The notes under the pieces are model-generated. The model saw only the letters and a list, made by a program, of their open reading frames with translations, was not told the DNA's origin and made no database searches. A program made the position numbers and the translations under genes. A stretch of DNA of 64,000 nt from a virus, in IMG/VR virus record IMGVR_UViG_3300032235_000911, positions 1 through 64,000 of that record; one strand, 5' to 3'. Below, piece by piece: positions 18,251 through 28,100 of this stretch (position 1 is the first letter of the stretch; the number at the start of each line of letters is the position of its first letter).

Positions 18251-19594
18251 TTATAATACACCTTTAATAGTAAAGTATGCCTTGCTGCCGGTTGTTGTTG
18301 AAATTACTGTTACAAGATCATTTGCGGATACCGACGTTGGGAAGCTTGACGACACACTATTTTTCATAACATATGCACTTGCTGCGCCGCTACCTGTATA
18401 TTGTGAGAAAGCTTGCATTGTAAAGGCTCTTGGGCTAAGATAGTTTAATAATTCGCTGCCGCTTGTGATACTACCAGTAACTTCACCGGCAATATCATAT
18501 GGAGTACCGGTAATATTAGCGCCGTCACCAACAAATGATCCACGGAATTCTGCCGATCTTGCAGCAGGATATATTTCCATTTCGTCATTTACAGCGTCAT
18601 AGATAATACGTGCGTCTTCGCTTGGTACACTTCCAAATTGGATACCTGCTCCGTTTAGTACGGTTGCGTCTGTTGCACCGCTTGCAATAAGGATATATTT
18701 ATCTGTTATTTCAAGGTTGGTGCTATTGACACTTGTTGTTGTACCGTTGACGGTCATGTTACCGGCCACCGTTAGGTTACCATTAACTGCTGTAGTTCTT
18801 CCCGAAGCACCAATATTAACAGCGTTTGTATTTGTTGTACCAATATTAACGCTGCCGCTTGCAGTTCCGCCTGTACCGCCTCTTATTGTAACCGATCCGC
18901 CTGTTCCCTGTAGTGAGTTAGCGGCACCCCCCGCAAGTGTAATGCCGCCAGCAGTGTAGGAACCAGAAGTATTTGCCGTTCCTCCAATTATAGAATATGA
19001 AAAGCCGCTACCAGAATTAAATCCTACTGGCTGTAAAGTTGTGGAGAATGAAGGATTTGTTGTTATAATTGTCGAAGTAGTACCATTTATACGAGTAAGT
19101 AATGAAATGGATGTCGTCCATATATCACCATTTACGGGTGAAGTTGGATTAGATCCTGTGGGAATATTTAATGGTGCGCTTGCGGTGGTGGAAGCACGAA
19201 GTGTTTGTTTTGCCGTAAATGTATTACTGCCTGTTGTCGCATATGGTGTCAAGTCTTGCTGAATACCGGTAAGGCCGCTGCCGTCGCCAACAAATGTTCC
19301 GCTAAAGGAAGCCGTTACGCTATTAAGACTAATATTGTCCTTTAGGATAATTGGATCAAGCGAAGTTCCGCTGCCAGTTATATTACCAGAAGAAGAAACA
19401 GACGAGATGCCAGCAGAAGCACCAGGAATATATTTATCCTGTGCTGCGTTATATACAAGCGTCTCGCCGTCTGTGGGCAGGGTTGTTGAAATAGGAATAT
19501 TTTGAATGCCAACTACGATTGGGGCCATAAAAGACCCGCTTAGGTCTCCATTATAAGCAGACGCGCCTCTAATACCGTTTATTGTTACACTCAT
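18251..19594 (-). CDS. Ser/Thr/Gly-rich tail fibre/spike protein
   Basis: GNLTVAGNMTVNGTTTSVNSTNLEITDKYI fibre motif; modules shared with the 652-aa and 1162-aa proteins. Confidence 0.75.
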   Translation of the reverse strand: MSVTINGIRGASAYNGDLSGSFMAPIVVGIQNIPISTTLPTDGETLVYNAAQDKYIPGASAGISSVSSSGNITGSGTSLDPIILKDNISLNSVTASFSGTFVGDGSGLTGIQQDLTPYATTGSNTFTAKQTLRASTTASAPLNIPTGSNPTSPVNGDIWTTSISLLTRINGTTSTIITTNPSFSTTLQPVGFNSGSGFSYSIIGGTANTSGSYTAGGITLAGGAANSLQGTGGSVTIRGGTGGTASGSVNIGTTNTNAVNIGASGRTTAVNGNLTVAGNMTVNGTTTSVNSTNLEITDKYILIASGATDATVLNGAGIQFGSVPSEDARIIYDAVNDEMEIYPAARSAEFRGSFVGDGANITGTPYDIAGEVTGSITSGSELLNYLSPRAFTMQAFSQYTGSGAASAYVMKNSVSSSFPTSVSANDLVTVISTTTGSKAYFTIKGVL

Positions 19595-19671
19595 CTAAAA
19601 TGGTTCCTTGAACCAATGGTTCGAATAAATATAAAGGCATGAATAGTCACACTACGCATGCCGCCTTTATA

Positions 19672-19678
19672 TAATTAG
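19672..19678 (-). promoter_or_regulatory. Putative phage late promoter motif CTAATTA followed by a structured leader
   Basis: GAAACTAATTATATA followed by hairpin GGCATGCGTAGT-GTG-ACTATTCATGCC (19636-19662). Confidence 0.55.
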
Positions 19679-19696
19679 TTTCTAAAATAAGTTTTT

Positions 19697-21655
19697 TTAT
19701 CTCAAACTTCCAAGAATTGTAAAATATTCATTTGCTGATGCACTTGTTGCGTAGACCGACAAAACATCCCCAGCGCTCGCTGTGCGAGCTGAGGAGGGAA
19801 CGAACACAACATTGTTTATTCTATATTGAAAGTTTGGTGTAGATTCTGAGGCTGAAGTAAACGTCATATTTCTTGGAATTTTAAAGGTCAACACAGAACT
19901 GCCGCTTGTGTAGGAACCAGAAATCTCTGCAGCGATATCGTATGGCTGGCTATAGGACTGCCAGCGGTTGGTCGAAGAATTCCAAGCAATAAGCTGAAAA
20001 TCTGTACCAGTAAAAGGAGCTAAAGACCCAGTGCCGCTTGCAATATAGAGAGCGCCGCTTGTAAAAGAAGATAGCCCTGTTCCGCCGTGTTCTATCGGTA
20101 TTGTTCCTATTATGTTGTCGGCCTTAATGCCTATTATTTCATTACCATTGCCGTGAAAATAGGAAGCAGATACATAAGAAGCAGTTACGCGTGAAGCCGT
20201 TACATAAGAGGCAGTGACATCGCCTAATAAAGTAATAGAATCTTTTAAGACGAATGGATCAACGGCAGTCCCACTGCCAGTTAAATTGCCGCTTACAAAA
20301 GTTTGTATACCAGATAATTGACTGCCATCGCCATAGTATATTGAGGCCGAGACGTGCGATGAGGCTGTTAATGTGGATACAGAAGCGTCTGCATTAAGTG
20401 AGGCAGTGCCGTTTTGTACAGTAATGCTACCGCTACCGGTAATACTATTATGTATATATTCCTGCAAACTTGTTATTTGGCTTGCGGTTATAAATAACCC
20501 TTCCCCGCTGCCGGAGAAAGAGGAAGCGCTTACGCTTGAAGATACATATAGTGTTCCGCTTACAACCTGGTCGGTTGTAAATGTATTTACCGCACCAGTA
20601 AGAGCGTATTTTGTACCGTCTTCTACAGATGCCGCAATAACTCCACTTAAGTGGCTACCATCACCATAGTATGAACCGCTAAAATAGGCTGATTCGACAT
20701 AACCACCGCTTATATGTGAGGAGGTAATATGCTCTGTTGTTAGCCTTGGAAATACCTCCAACGAGTTAGAACTACTTATAAAACGAATATGCGCGTGTGA
20801 TCCTAAATCATCATATGTGTCAGGACCAGTGCTGCCACTTCCCCACTGTATACCAGAACCATCAAGCGAGGCGTGATCTGTTGCTCCACTTAATATAACA
20901 AGATATTTATCACCAAAGTTTACTTGAGTTCCACTAACATAGTTTAGCACACCGATACTTGCTGTACCTTGGACATAAATATTGGAGGCGGTTACACTTG
21001 TTACAGAAATATTACTTGCCAAGCTCATTGTTGGGTACTGCGAAGTACCTGTTTTGACAAGATTTGTGCTTGCAGATATATCTAATACTGCTGCTGGTAC
21101 GGATGCAGCGATTGTTACCGAACCAGAGCTATTTGTTATACTTATATTAGCGCCCGCAGTTAGGCGATTTGCAATAAACTTGCTACCACTTGATATTAAT
21201 AGTTGCCCCTCAAGCGTTGGTTCAACGTCAATACCGCCCTTGCCCATTATATAGGAGTTTGATCCGGTATCCCATATAACTGCATAGTTGGGCGTGCTAT
21301 TGCTGCCGCTTAATACGCGAAAAGAATTGGTTGTGTCAGCGATAAGTAAGGTGCCGGGGGTCAAGGAGCCTGTACCGATACCGCCGCTAACAACAGGTAT
21401 GATCGATCCAATCCGTATATTTGGCCTTAACGGGTCAGCCGAGCTGTTTGTTAGCGGTGTATCTACCGTTACATTGTGTATAAGGCTTGAGGTTAGATCA
21501 GAGAGAATATATAGTTCATAACTACCGTTGCCTTGCGAAACTAATACACTACCAGATAGATCAAGCGAGGACGATGCTTTTGTTATAAGCTCAAAAAGAG
21601 TTTGACCTTTTGTGTTATCTGTTATAATTCCTGGTACTTGAAATGTTAGTTTCAT
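19697..21655 (-). CDS. Ser/Thr/Gly-rich tail fibre/spike protein (paralog of 18251-19594)
   Basis: Repeated YYGDGSxLSG, PxxxGGTG and VTAS motifs; shared DKYLVILSGATD and PYDIAxE C-terminal modules. Confidence 0.75.
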   Translation of the reverse strand: MKLTFQVPGIITDNTKGQTLFELITKASSSLDLSGSVLVSQGNGSYELYILSDLTSSLIHNVTVDTPLTNSSADPLRPNIRIGSIIPVVSGGIGTGSLTPGTLLIADTTNSFRVLSGSNSTPNYAVIWDTGSNSYIMGKGGIDVEPTLEGQLLISSGSKFIANRLTAGANISITNSSGSVTIAASVPAAVLDISASTNLVKTGTSQYPTMSLASNISVTSVTASNIYVQGTASIGVLNYVSGTQVNFGDKYLVILSGATDHASLDGSGIQWGSGSTGPDTYDDLGSHAHIRFISSSNSLEVFPRLTTEHITSSHISGGYVESAYFSGSYYGDGSHLSGVIAASVEDGTKYALTGAVNTFTTDQVVSGTLYVSSSVSASSFSGSGEGLFITASQITSLQEYIHNSITGSGSITVQNGTASLNADASVSTLTASSHVSASIYYGDGSQLSGIQTFVSGNLTGSGTAVDPFVLKDSITLLGDVTASYVTASRVTASYVSASYFHGNGNEIIGIKADNIIGTIPIEHGGTGLSSFTSGALYIASGTGSLAPFTGTDFQLIAWNSSTNRWQSYSQPYDIAAEISGSYTSGSSVLTFKIPRNMTFTSASESTPNFQYRINNVVFVPSSARTASAGDVLSVYATSASANEYFTILGSLR

Positions 21656-21666
21656 TTAGCTACTCT

Positions 21667-22977
21667 TTATACCGAGCCGGTTGTTATTAGTAAGTCTGCA
21701 AATAGCACTCTGCCATTACCATAGGCAAATAAATCGGTTCCGTGTGCGATAAATTCGTATCTGCCTGCTGGGCAGCTCGACGTTTCCATTATAAATGTTT
21801 GCGGTTCTGTGTTCGTTATAGAGGCAGATGCAGCTATAAATGAGCCGCTTTCAAGAGTTAACGTTAACTCTTCGCCAGCGACTGAGATTCTTGCTTGGCC
21901 AACTATAACCATTTTATCATAGACAGCTGGGCTTGTTCCTTGTGGAGCATATGTCCATTCGTTTAATACAACTTTACTATTCTGGAAGTTATATGCATTT
22001 ACAGCAAGGCTCTTGATCGTATTTGGATAGATAAGATTTGGCAGCGAAACATCTGAACGAAGTGCGCTATTGTAGGTTAGCATAGCAGATACTTCGCCAT
22101 ACATACCACTTGTTAATATATCCTCGGAGCCAGTTACATATATAACATGACGCATACTTGCTATTTGAGCCTCAGAGTTGTATATAACGCCTGGTGGCAG
22201 TTTTATTGTGTAATCTGTATGTGAAACGCTTGCTTCTGGTAAATGGCTTATTTTAATATAGCAATCTTTGTTTGTGCTATTCTGTATAAGCACATCGACG
22301 CAGGCGCGAAGGTATTGTTCGTTATAGTTTAAGTCTGGTATTAGGTTTGTTTGTGCTAAGTCAAGACCTTGGAGTTCGCTACCACTAAATATACTTGAAC
22401 TAACGTGTGTTGCGCGGCAATAGGCATTTATTTCTTTAAGATAGTTAGTACTTTGGCTAATACTGCTTGTTATTTGTTCAAGCGCAGCGGTTAAATAGTT
22501 ATATGTACGATCTGCACTTTGGCTTAGAGCAACGAGCGTTACATTAGAAGCAGTAAGTTGGTCGTGTGAGGCGGTGAGAGTATTGTAGATAACAACCTCA
22601 CTGCTTGATATATCAGTTAATAAATCATTTGAAGAGCTTATAGAGCTGCTAATACTTGATAGGTATCCGCTGGAAGCGGTTAAGTGATCATAACTGGCGG
22701 TTGCGTAGTTATATGAAGCGGTAAGTTGGCTATATATTTGCTCTAATGAGCTGGATATGTCGGTACTTGACGAAATATTCGCTAAACTGCTACTGATATC
22801 ATTTATGCTGCTTGTGAGATAACCAAAATCATTTATTGTCACAGATGAAGATACAAGCTCCGCAAGAGAATATGGCAATACACGTTCGTCGCTACCACTT
22901 CCGCGTTTTACAACCAATAGACTTTGACTAACTTGCGCATCATCTATTACAAAAAATGGATCTCTATTTTCTGCCAT
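21667..22977 (-). CDS. Virion protein with Ser-rich heptad coiled coil (paralog of 28612-29412)
   Basis: LTAS heptads; IQNSTNKDCYIKIS...YTIKL...SMRH domain shared with the 266-aa protein. Confidence 0.7.
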   Translation of the reverse strand: MAENRDPFFVIDDAQVSQSLLVVKRGSGSDERVLPYSLAELVSSSVTINDFGYLTSSINDISSSLANISSSTDISSSLEQIYSQLTASYNYATASYDHLTASSGYLSSISSSISSSNDLLTDISSSEVVIYNTLTASHDQLTASNVTLVALSQSADRTYNYLTAALEQITSSISQSTNYLKEINAYCRATHVSSSIFSGSELQGLDLAQTNLIPDLNYNEQYLRACVDVLIQNSTNKDCYIKISHLPEASVSHTDYTIKLPPGVIYNSEAQIASMRHVIYVTGSEDILTSGMYGEVSAMLTYNSALRSDVSLPNLIYPNTIKSLAVNAYNFQNSKVVLNEWTYAPQGTSPAVYDKMVIVGQARISVAGEELTLTLESGSFIAASASITNTEPQTFIMETSSCPAGRYEFIAHGTDLFAYGNGRVLFADLLITTGSV

Positions 22978-22991
22978 ATTTATATCTCACT

Positions 22992-23459
22992 TTATATTTC
23001 TTCGTATACGCTACCTACTGATTCAACTGTATTTAATAATATCGTATTTTGGTCTACTTGGTTAGTACTTGGAGTACCAGGAGATCTCCAATATATATAT
23101 TTATTATTAGCTGTGTTTCTTGCTCTCATTAACCAAACAATGGTACTTAGTTTATCAGGATAAAACTTTCCCATTCTCTGTAGGTAGACAAGATCTGCGC
23201 TAGCTCCACCTTGAGACAATGCCGTAGCTGGCATTCTCTGTAGGTAGACAAGATCTGCGCTAGCTCCGCCTTGTGCCAATGCTTCTGACGGCATTCTTTG
23301 TAAATAAATCGCATCAAGGTTCGCCGCCAGCATAGCAACACTAGAAGACTCCTCTTGGATACTGCCCGTTACATACTGAAATGACGCACTATCATACAAT
23401 ATAAGTGCATTATCTGGCCAGAGAGAAGTACTGCCCGAAGCTAAATAATATTCTGACAT
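22992..23459 (-). CDS. Hypothetical virion protein with a 20-aa tandem repeat
   Basis: 155 aa containing three YLQRM units 20 residues apart. Confidence 0.7.
   Translation of the reverse strand: MSEYYLASGSTSLWPDNALILYDSASFQYVTGSIQEESSSVAMLAANLDAIYLQRMPSEALAQGGASADLVYLQRMPATALSQGGASADLVYLQRMGKFYPDKLSTIVWLMRARNTANNKYIYWRSPGTPSTNQVDQNTILLNTVESVGSVYEEI
23172..23315. repeat. 60-bp in-frame tandem repeat (~2.4 copies)
   Basis: The 36-nt block cattctctgtaggtagacaagatctgcgctagctcc is identical at 23172 and 23232; a diverged third copy starts at 23292. Confidence 0.9.
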
Positions 23460-23465
23460 ATTTTA

Positions 23466-24998
23466 TTATAGATCTGGAGGCGCATCGGAATTAAATGGGA
23501 ACCAGATACCTCCTAATAATATTCTATCGTAATATAAGCCTGTTCTGCCCATCGAACCATTAAAGCCACCTGCAGGGCCTAACTTAACATCCGCAATTCG
23601 ACCTGCGTATCTAATTTTTGTACCAGCAGAAACATCTAATAGCGGTAATGGATATTCTAAATAAGTACCATCAAGCGTAGTGGTAGCGTTTGTAGATGTA
23701 AGAGAAAGAACACCAACTGCATTTAATTGACTATCAAAATTGCTATCTTTAAAATATACTGGTATTGTTGAGAACAAACCGGATTCGGTTTTTAAACCAG
23801 CGTCTTCATTTATTTTAAAGTACGCAAGTGGTTGATAATAACAATCGTTAAACCACGCAAAGTCAGTACCATTGTGCCAAGGCGCTATTCCACCTGGACC
23901 TTCGATATCATTTTCTCTATCTATCGTAAATAAATCCGTTGGTTGAGTTCCTATAAAATTAAGACTATTTCTTGCAACGGTGCTATATGCCATAAAAAAA
24001 ACATTTCCAACGTTGTATTTTGTTGTTGGTAGAGAAGAGGAGAGAGAGTCGGCTATTTTATCTATGCCTAAAATAAATGTTGGCGATCCATTTTCTGTGA
24101 TATATGTATAGCTGCCGCCATATTCATCATTATAGACTGTGTTTATGTTAATGGTCGCTGGAGTATTTGGTGCAATTAATACATTTCCGCTATTGCAAAG
24201 ACGTCTGTATGTCGCAGTGCTAAACGTTGAATATTTTTCAAATGATAACTCGTCAGATCTATATGGTCTAACAAATTCACTTGTTACTGTATTTTGCGGT
24301 TCGCCATAGAAAAATGTTATTCCGACTGAATGACCAAAAAGACTTCTCTTTGATTGTCCATTTACAGCCCCATCCACAGTTACGATAGAAGATGTAGCTG
24401 TGTTTGCAGAGTATGAAGGAACTGCAGACGCGTAATCTAATACTATATATAAATCTTCTCCGCCTGGATGTTGCTTGAGTTCTTCTCTTGTGTTTTTTAA
24501 TAAAATCCAAGAGCGTCCCACGCTGGAGGAGATAAGATGGTTTTGGTTTCCTCCAATGCTAGAAGTTGTATTGTGATTACATGGATATATAAGGCGGTGC
24601 ATCTCGTTAACAGGAATTTTGTTATCGATAAAATAAGCATCAGTAAAATATGTCGCACTCTGAGTAATCCACATATCAGAGCCAGTTACGGCAAATTTGG
24701 TTTGTAAAGAAGGATTTGTTCTATTATTTTGTCCATAACTGGCTGTTTGATTTGGGTAATACCCAGTGTCAGGAAATAAAGCAGAGCCGGTGGCGTCAGT
24801 GCGATATGAGCAACTAACAAATTCCCATCCGGCACCAAGTAGAGATTCTTTTATATAATAAAGAGTTGGTGCAGTTTTTAATACGGTATATGGTTCTCTT
24901 GCATACCCAGGTGCGATACTAAAAGTTAGTGAATCAATTTTATCTGTTGCATAATTTAACCAATTCCAATATCTCTCATTTTTGCCATTGCCAGCCAT
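23466..24998 (-). CDS. Hypothetical virion/tail-associated protein
   Basis: 510 aa, strong RBS AAGGAG, S/T/G-rich; no recognised domain. Confidence 0.7.
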   Translation of the reverse strand: MAGNGKNERYWNWLNYATDKIDSLTFSIAPGYAREPYTVLKTAPTLYYIKESLLGAGWEFVSCSYRTDATGSALFPDTGYYPNQTASYGQNNRTNPSLQTKFAVTGSDMWITQSATYFTDAYFIDNKIPVNEMHRLIYPCNHNTTSSIGGNQNHLISSSVGRSWILLKNTREELKQHPGGEDLYIVLDYASAVPSYSANTATSSIVTVDGAVNGQSKRSLFGHSVGITFFYGEPQNTVTSEFVRPYRSDELSFEKYSTFSTATYRRLCNSGNVLIAPNTPATININTVYNDEYGGSYTYITENGSPTFILGIDKIADSLSSSLPTTKYNVGNVFFMAYSTVARNSLNFIGTQPTDLFTIDRENDIEGPGGIAPWHNGTDFAWFNDCYYQPLAYFKINEDAGLKTESGLFSTIPVYFKDSNFDSQLNAVGVLSLTSTNATTTLDGTYLEYPLPLLDVSAGTKIRYAGRIADVKLGPAGGFNGSMGRTGLYYDRILLGGIWFPFNSDAPPDL

Positions 24999-25030
24999 TT
25001 ATAAACTCCTTAATGTATATTCTCTACAAA

Positions 25031-25037
25031 TATATAG
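25031..25037 (-). promoter_or_regulatory. Putative phage late promoter variant CTATATA
   Basis: GACTATATATT between the terminator and the RBS of the 510-aa gene. Confidence 0.45.
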
Positions 25038-25048
25038 TCGATAAATAT

Positions 25049-25083
25049 AAAAAAGGCGGCTGTTTATCAACAAACAGCCGCCT
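25049..25083 (-). terminator. Intrinsic terminator
   Basis: AGGCGGCTGTTT-GTTGAT-AAACAGCCGCCT followed by a T-run; perfect 12-bp stem. Confidence 0.85.
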
Positions 25084-25106
25084 CTTTGTTTTATTAAAAT
25101 ATTGTA

Positions 25107-28100
25107 TTATATCTTTGTCATTACAACTTTTAGATTATGACCAAAGACACCGTCTGGTCCGCCTACGTTTTCCCAAGAGCCAGTTATTGAAGTTCCACCT
25201 ATTACTGTTGCATAAAAATCAATTTTTTTTGCTATAGTATCCACATCAACCAATTGTGTACGAGTTACTATATACGATCTATCCGCTGGTACGGCGTTAA
25301 TTTCTGAAGATATATAAATTGCATCTACAACGTTTCCACCATATCTTGTCTCTATTTTTAATGCTGTTGGGGCATCTACCGATACAGCCGTAACGGCTAA
25401 ACGACCAGTGATTGAAACAAGATATCTGCCTTTCTCGGCGAAAGTAAATGACCCGCCAGATACAGAGATGCTTGAAGATAGTTCCTGAGAAAAATCACTA
25501 ACTATCGCACCAGCTGATGAATAAATTTGGCTACCGGATATTGTAAATTGTCCATATGGCTTTAAAGCCCAAACACCGTCTGCTCTTAAGAAATAACTAT
25601 TGCCGACGTTACTCGATCCAGGAACAACACCTCTTCCACCGTTTGTCGTTGAGAACAGACTTAAGTTTGCCGCACTTCCGCTAAACGAACCAGTTACGCC
25701 AGATGATGCGCTCAGATCACCAGATATAAATATACTCTGTGTTAGTGGATTGACATACGAGGCTGTTGCAGAACTTCCTGCGTTTATTGCATAACTTGCA
25801 GTTGCTGGATTTCCATCCACCCACTTAGAACCATCGTATACAAGAGCCTCTCCAATCGCTGGAGATCCAATCTGTACATCGGTTAGACTTGATAGATTGG
25901 TCGCACCACCAGTTGTGCCACCACCGCCACCTATTCCACCACGGAATAATCCTGCTTGATATATTCTTGTATTATTGGTATTTGTAAAATTCGCTGCATC
26001 GCCTTTTAAAACGACATAGCCGACCAATATTGCAGATGTTCTTGTGTTATCACCTTCTACGAAATTTTCTGTTGAAATACCAGCAATGGCATCATCAAGT
26101 GTGTCATATCTTGTTTGACCATAGTATGCAAAAAGTGCATTATTTACTGCTCTTGGAAACCAAAATATTCTTTGGACCGTAAACTTACCTGCTGTTACGT
26201 TTTGTAATATTCCATTCTCATCTTGGTATTTTGATTCGTCGAGTTCTGCATACCCAGAACCAGCGACTCCAGTATCAATAATTGGCGTACTTCCGCTCAT
26301 ATATTGGCGATATATTTTCGTTACTGTTACCGGTAAATCATTAGCGGCAAGAACAATATTTGGAATATTTGGATTTAATGAATAATTACGCCCCTCTACA
26401 TATGAATCACCACTTGTTTTGGTCAATGCAAGAGTTGTAGAGCCGCTGGCAGCAAGAAAATGTCCATTCATCTTAAGTGGACCAATAGCTCTAACGAAAT
26501 CTGCTACGTTTGAATTGACGCCATATGCAGTTGGAGGAGTATTTATCGTTCCATTTGTTACAGAACCGCTTTGGTGTAGAACTCTTCCAATGACGATAGA
26601 GCTTTTAAAGTCGCTAAATGTTGGTGGAGTCGTCTTTTGTACAACATGCCCATTGCTATCCAACGAAATATATGTAATCTGCGCGGAAGCAGAATATTGT
26701 AGTGGTATATTTGAAGAACCAGTAAAGTTGACAAAATTAACTGTTGGGTATGGATCGCTTGAAGTCAATGCATTAAACGAAACAATCAAACCAGAACCAG
26801 AAGTAATACCAAAAGTATTTGTACCGTTTGTTGTAGAGATGACCCCGCCGTGTAATAGGCCAGTATTTAAAGCACCTTCTAACCAGCGTAGACGAGTGGT
26901 GTTTGTATACGGAGGAGCATATTGCGTAAAATACAGGTCGTTTGTGGAGCCTGATGTATAGATATAGGAAGATGATTGATCTGTTGGAATAGATACGTTA
27001 CCAACTGATAATAGTCTTAAATAATCACTTACTTGGACTTGGTTTAAGTTTGCCGCACTTCCACTAAACGAACCAGTTATACCAGATGATGCACTTAACT
27101 TGCCTTGAATGTATACGCTTTGGGTTAGTGGGTTGACATATGAGGCAGTTGCAGCCGAAGAGGCATATGAAGCAGTACCAAACAGGGAAGAAGTTACACT
27201 TGCAGCTACTATTGTGCCGTGTGTTTCTGTTAGTGGATATAATGTAACCGTAGATGCTGCTATAGGTAGAACAGAGTTTAGTGAACTATAAAAAATAGGA
27301 ATTGCTAAGCTTGAACCGCTAAGTTTTGAGTTGCTATAGGTACTATTTGTTGTAAAAAGCATATTCCATAGCGTTAATGGTTTTGCTGTATATAGAAGTG
27401 CTGGCGAGCTTGCACCGGTCGAACCTACGGCGCAGTTTGTAAACGCAGATGCAGATGTCGCAGATCGTAGGTCGATAGCATAATCGTTTGTTGGAATATC
27501 AAAAAGACAACGATCAGCAGCAAGATATGTGTCGCCGGTAGTAACGATAGCACTGCCAGAGCTGATGGGACCAGAACTATAGTAAAACTTACAAGTATCC
27601 AGTTCTGCATCTCCTCCATTGATAGATAGAAGATCCGGTCCCATAGCTTGGCCAAGGAATGTAGTATTACGTAGAACCAACTTGTTATTAGCAAATGTTA
27701 ATGTATTATTAAGTTTAAGACATTCAGCACTGCCGCTTGACGCAATATAACAATCATCAAAATAGGTTAAACCCTTACCGCTGCCTGATATTTCTACAAC
27801 TGGAACGCTGTTTGGACCGCCACTTGTGTTAAAAAAGATACCTTCAAAACCTATAATATCATTATATTTTTGTGCGCCATTTGTATTGATTACGATTGGA
27901 CCATTTACTATCGCTGCACGCTGGCGATCTCTTCCAAACTCACTTTTAAAATATGTATCGTGACGGGTGACTGTAAACGAATCATATGTACCTGGCAATA
28001 GGTTGACCAAAACTGGGTCATCTGCGCTTATCTGAGTTCCAATATATGTAAGCGCCTCTGCGACCGTCTGGAATGGATGCTTTAGCGTGCCGTCTGCACC

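Noticed and set aside
23172-23291. 36-nt identical repeats resembling a mini CRISPR array
   Set aside because: The 24-nt intervening segments resemble each other, the period is an in-frame 60 nt inside a CDS, and there is no cas gene or leader.
25661-27154. Diversity-generating retroelement TR/VR pair
   Set aside because: Differences are mostly synonymous and not adenine-specific, both copies are internal to one ORF, and no reverse transcriptase is present in the window.
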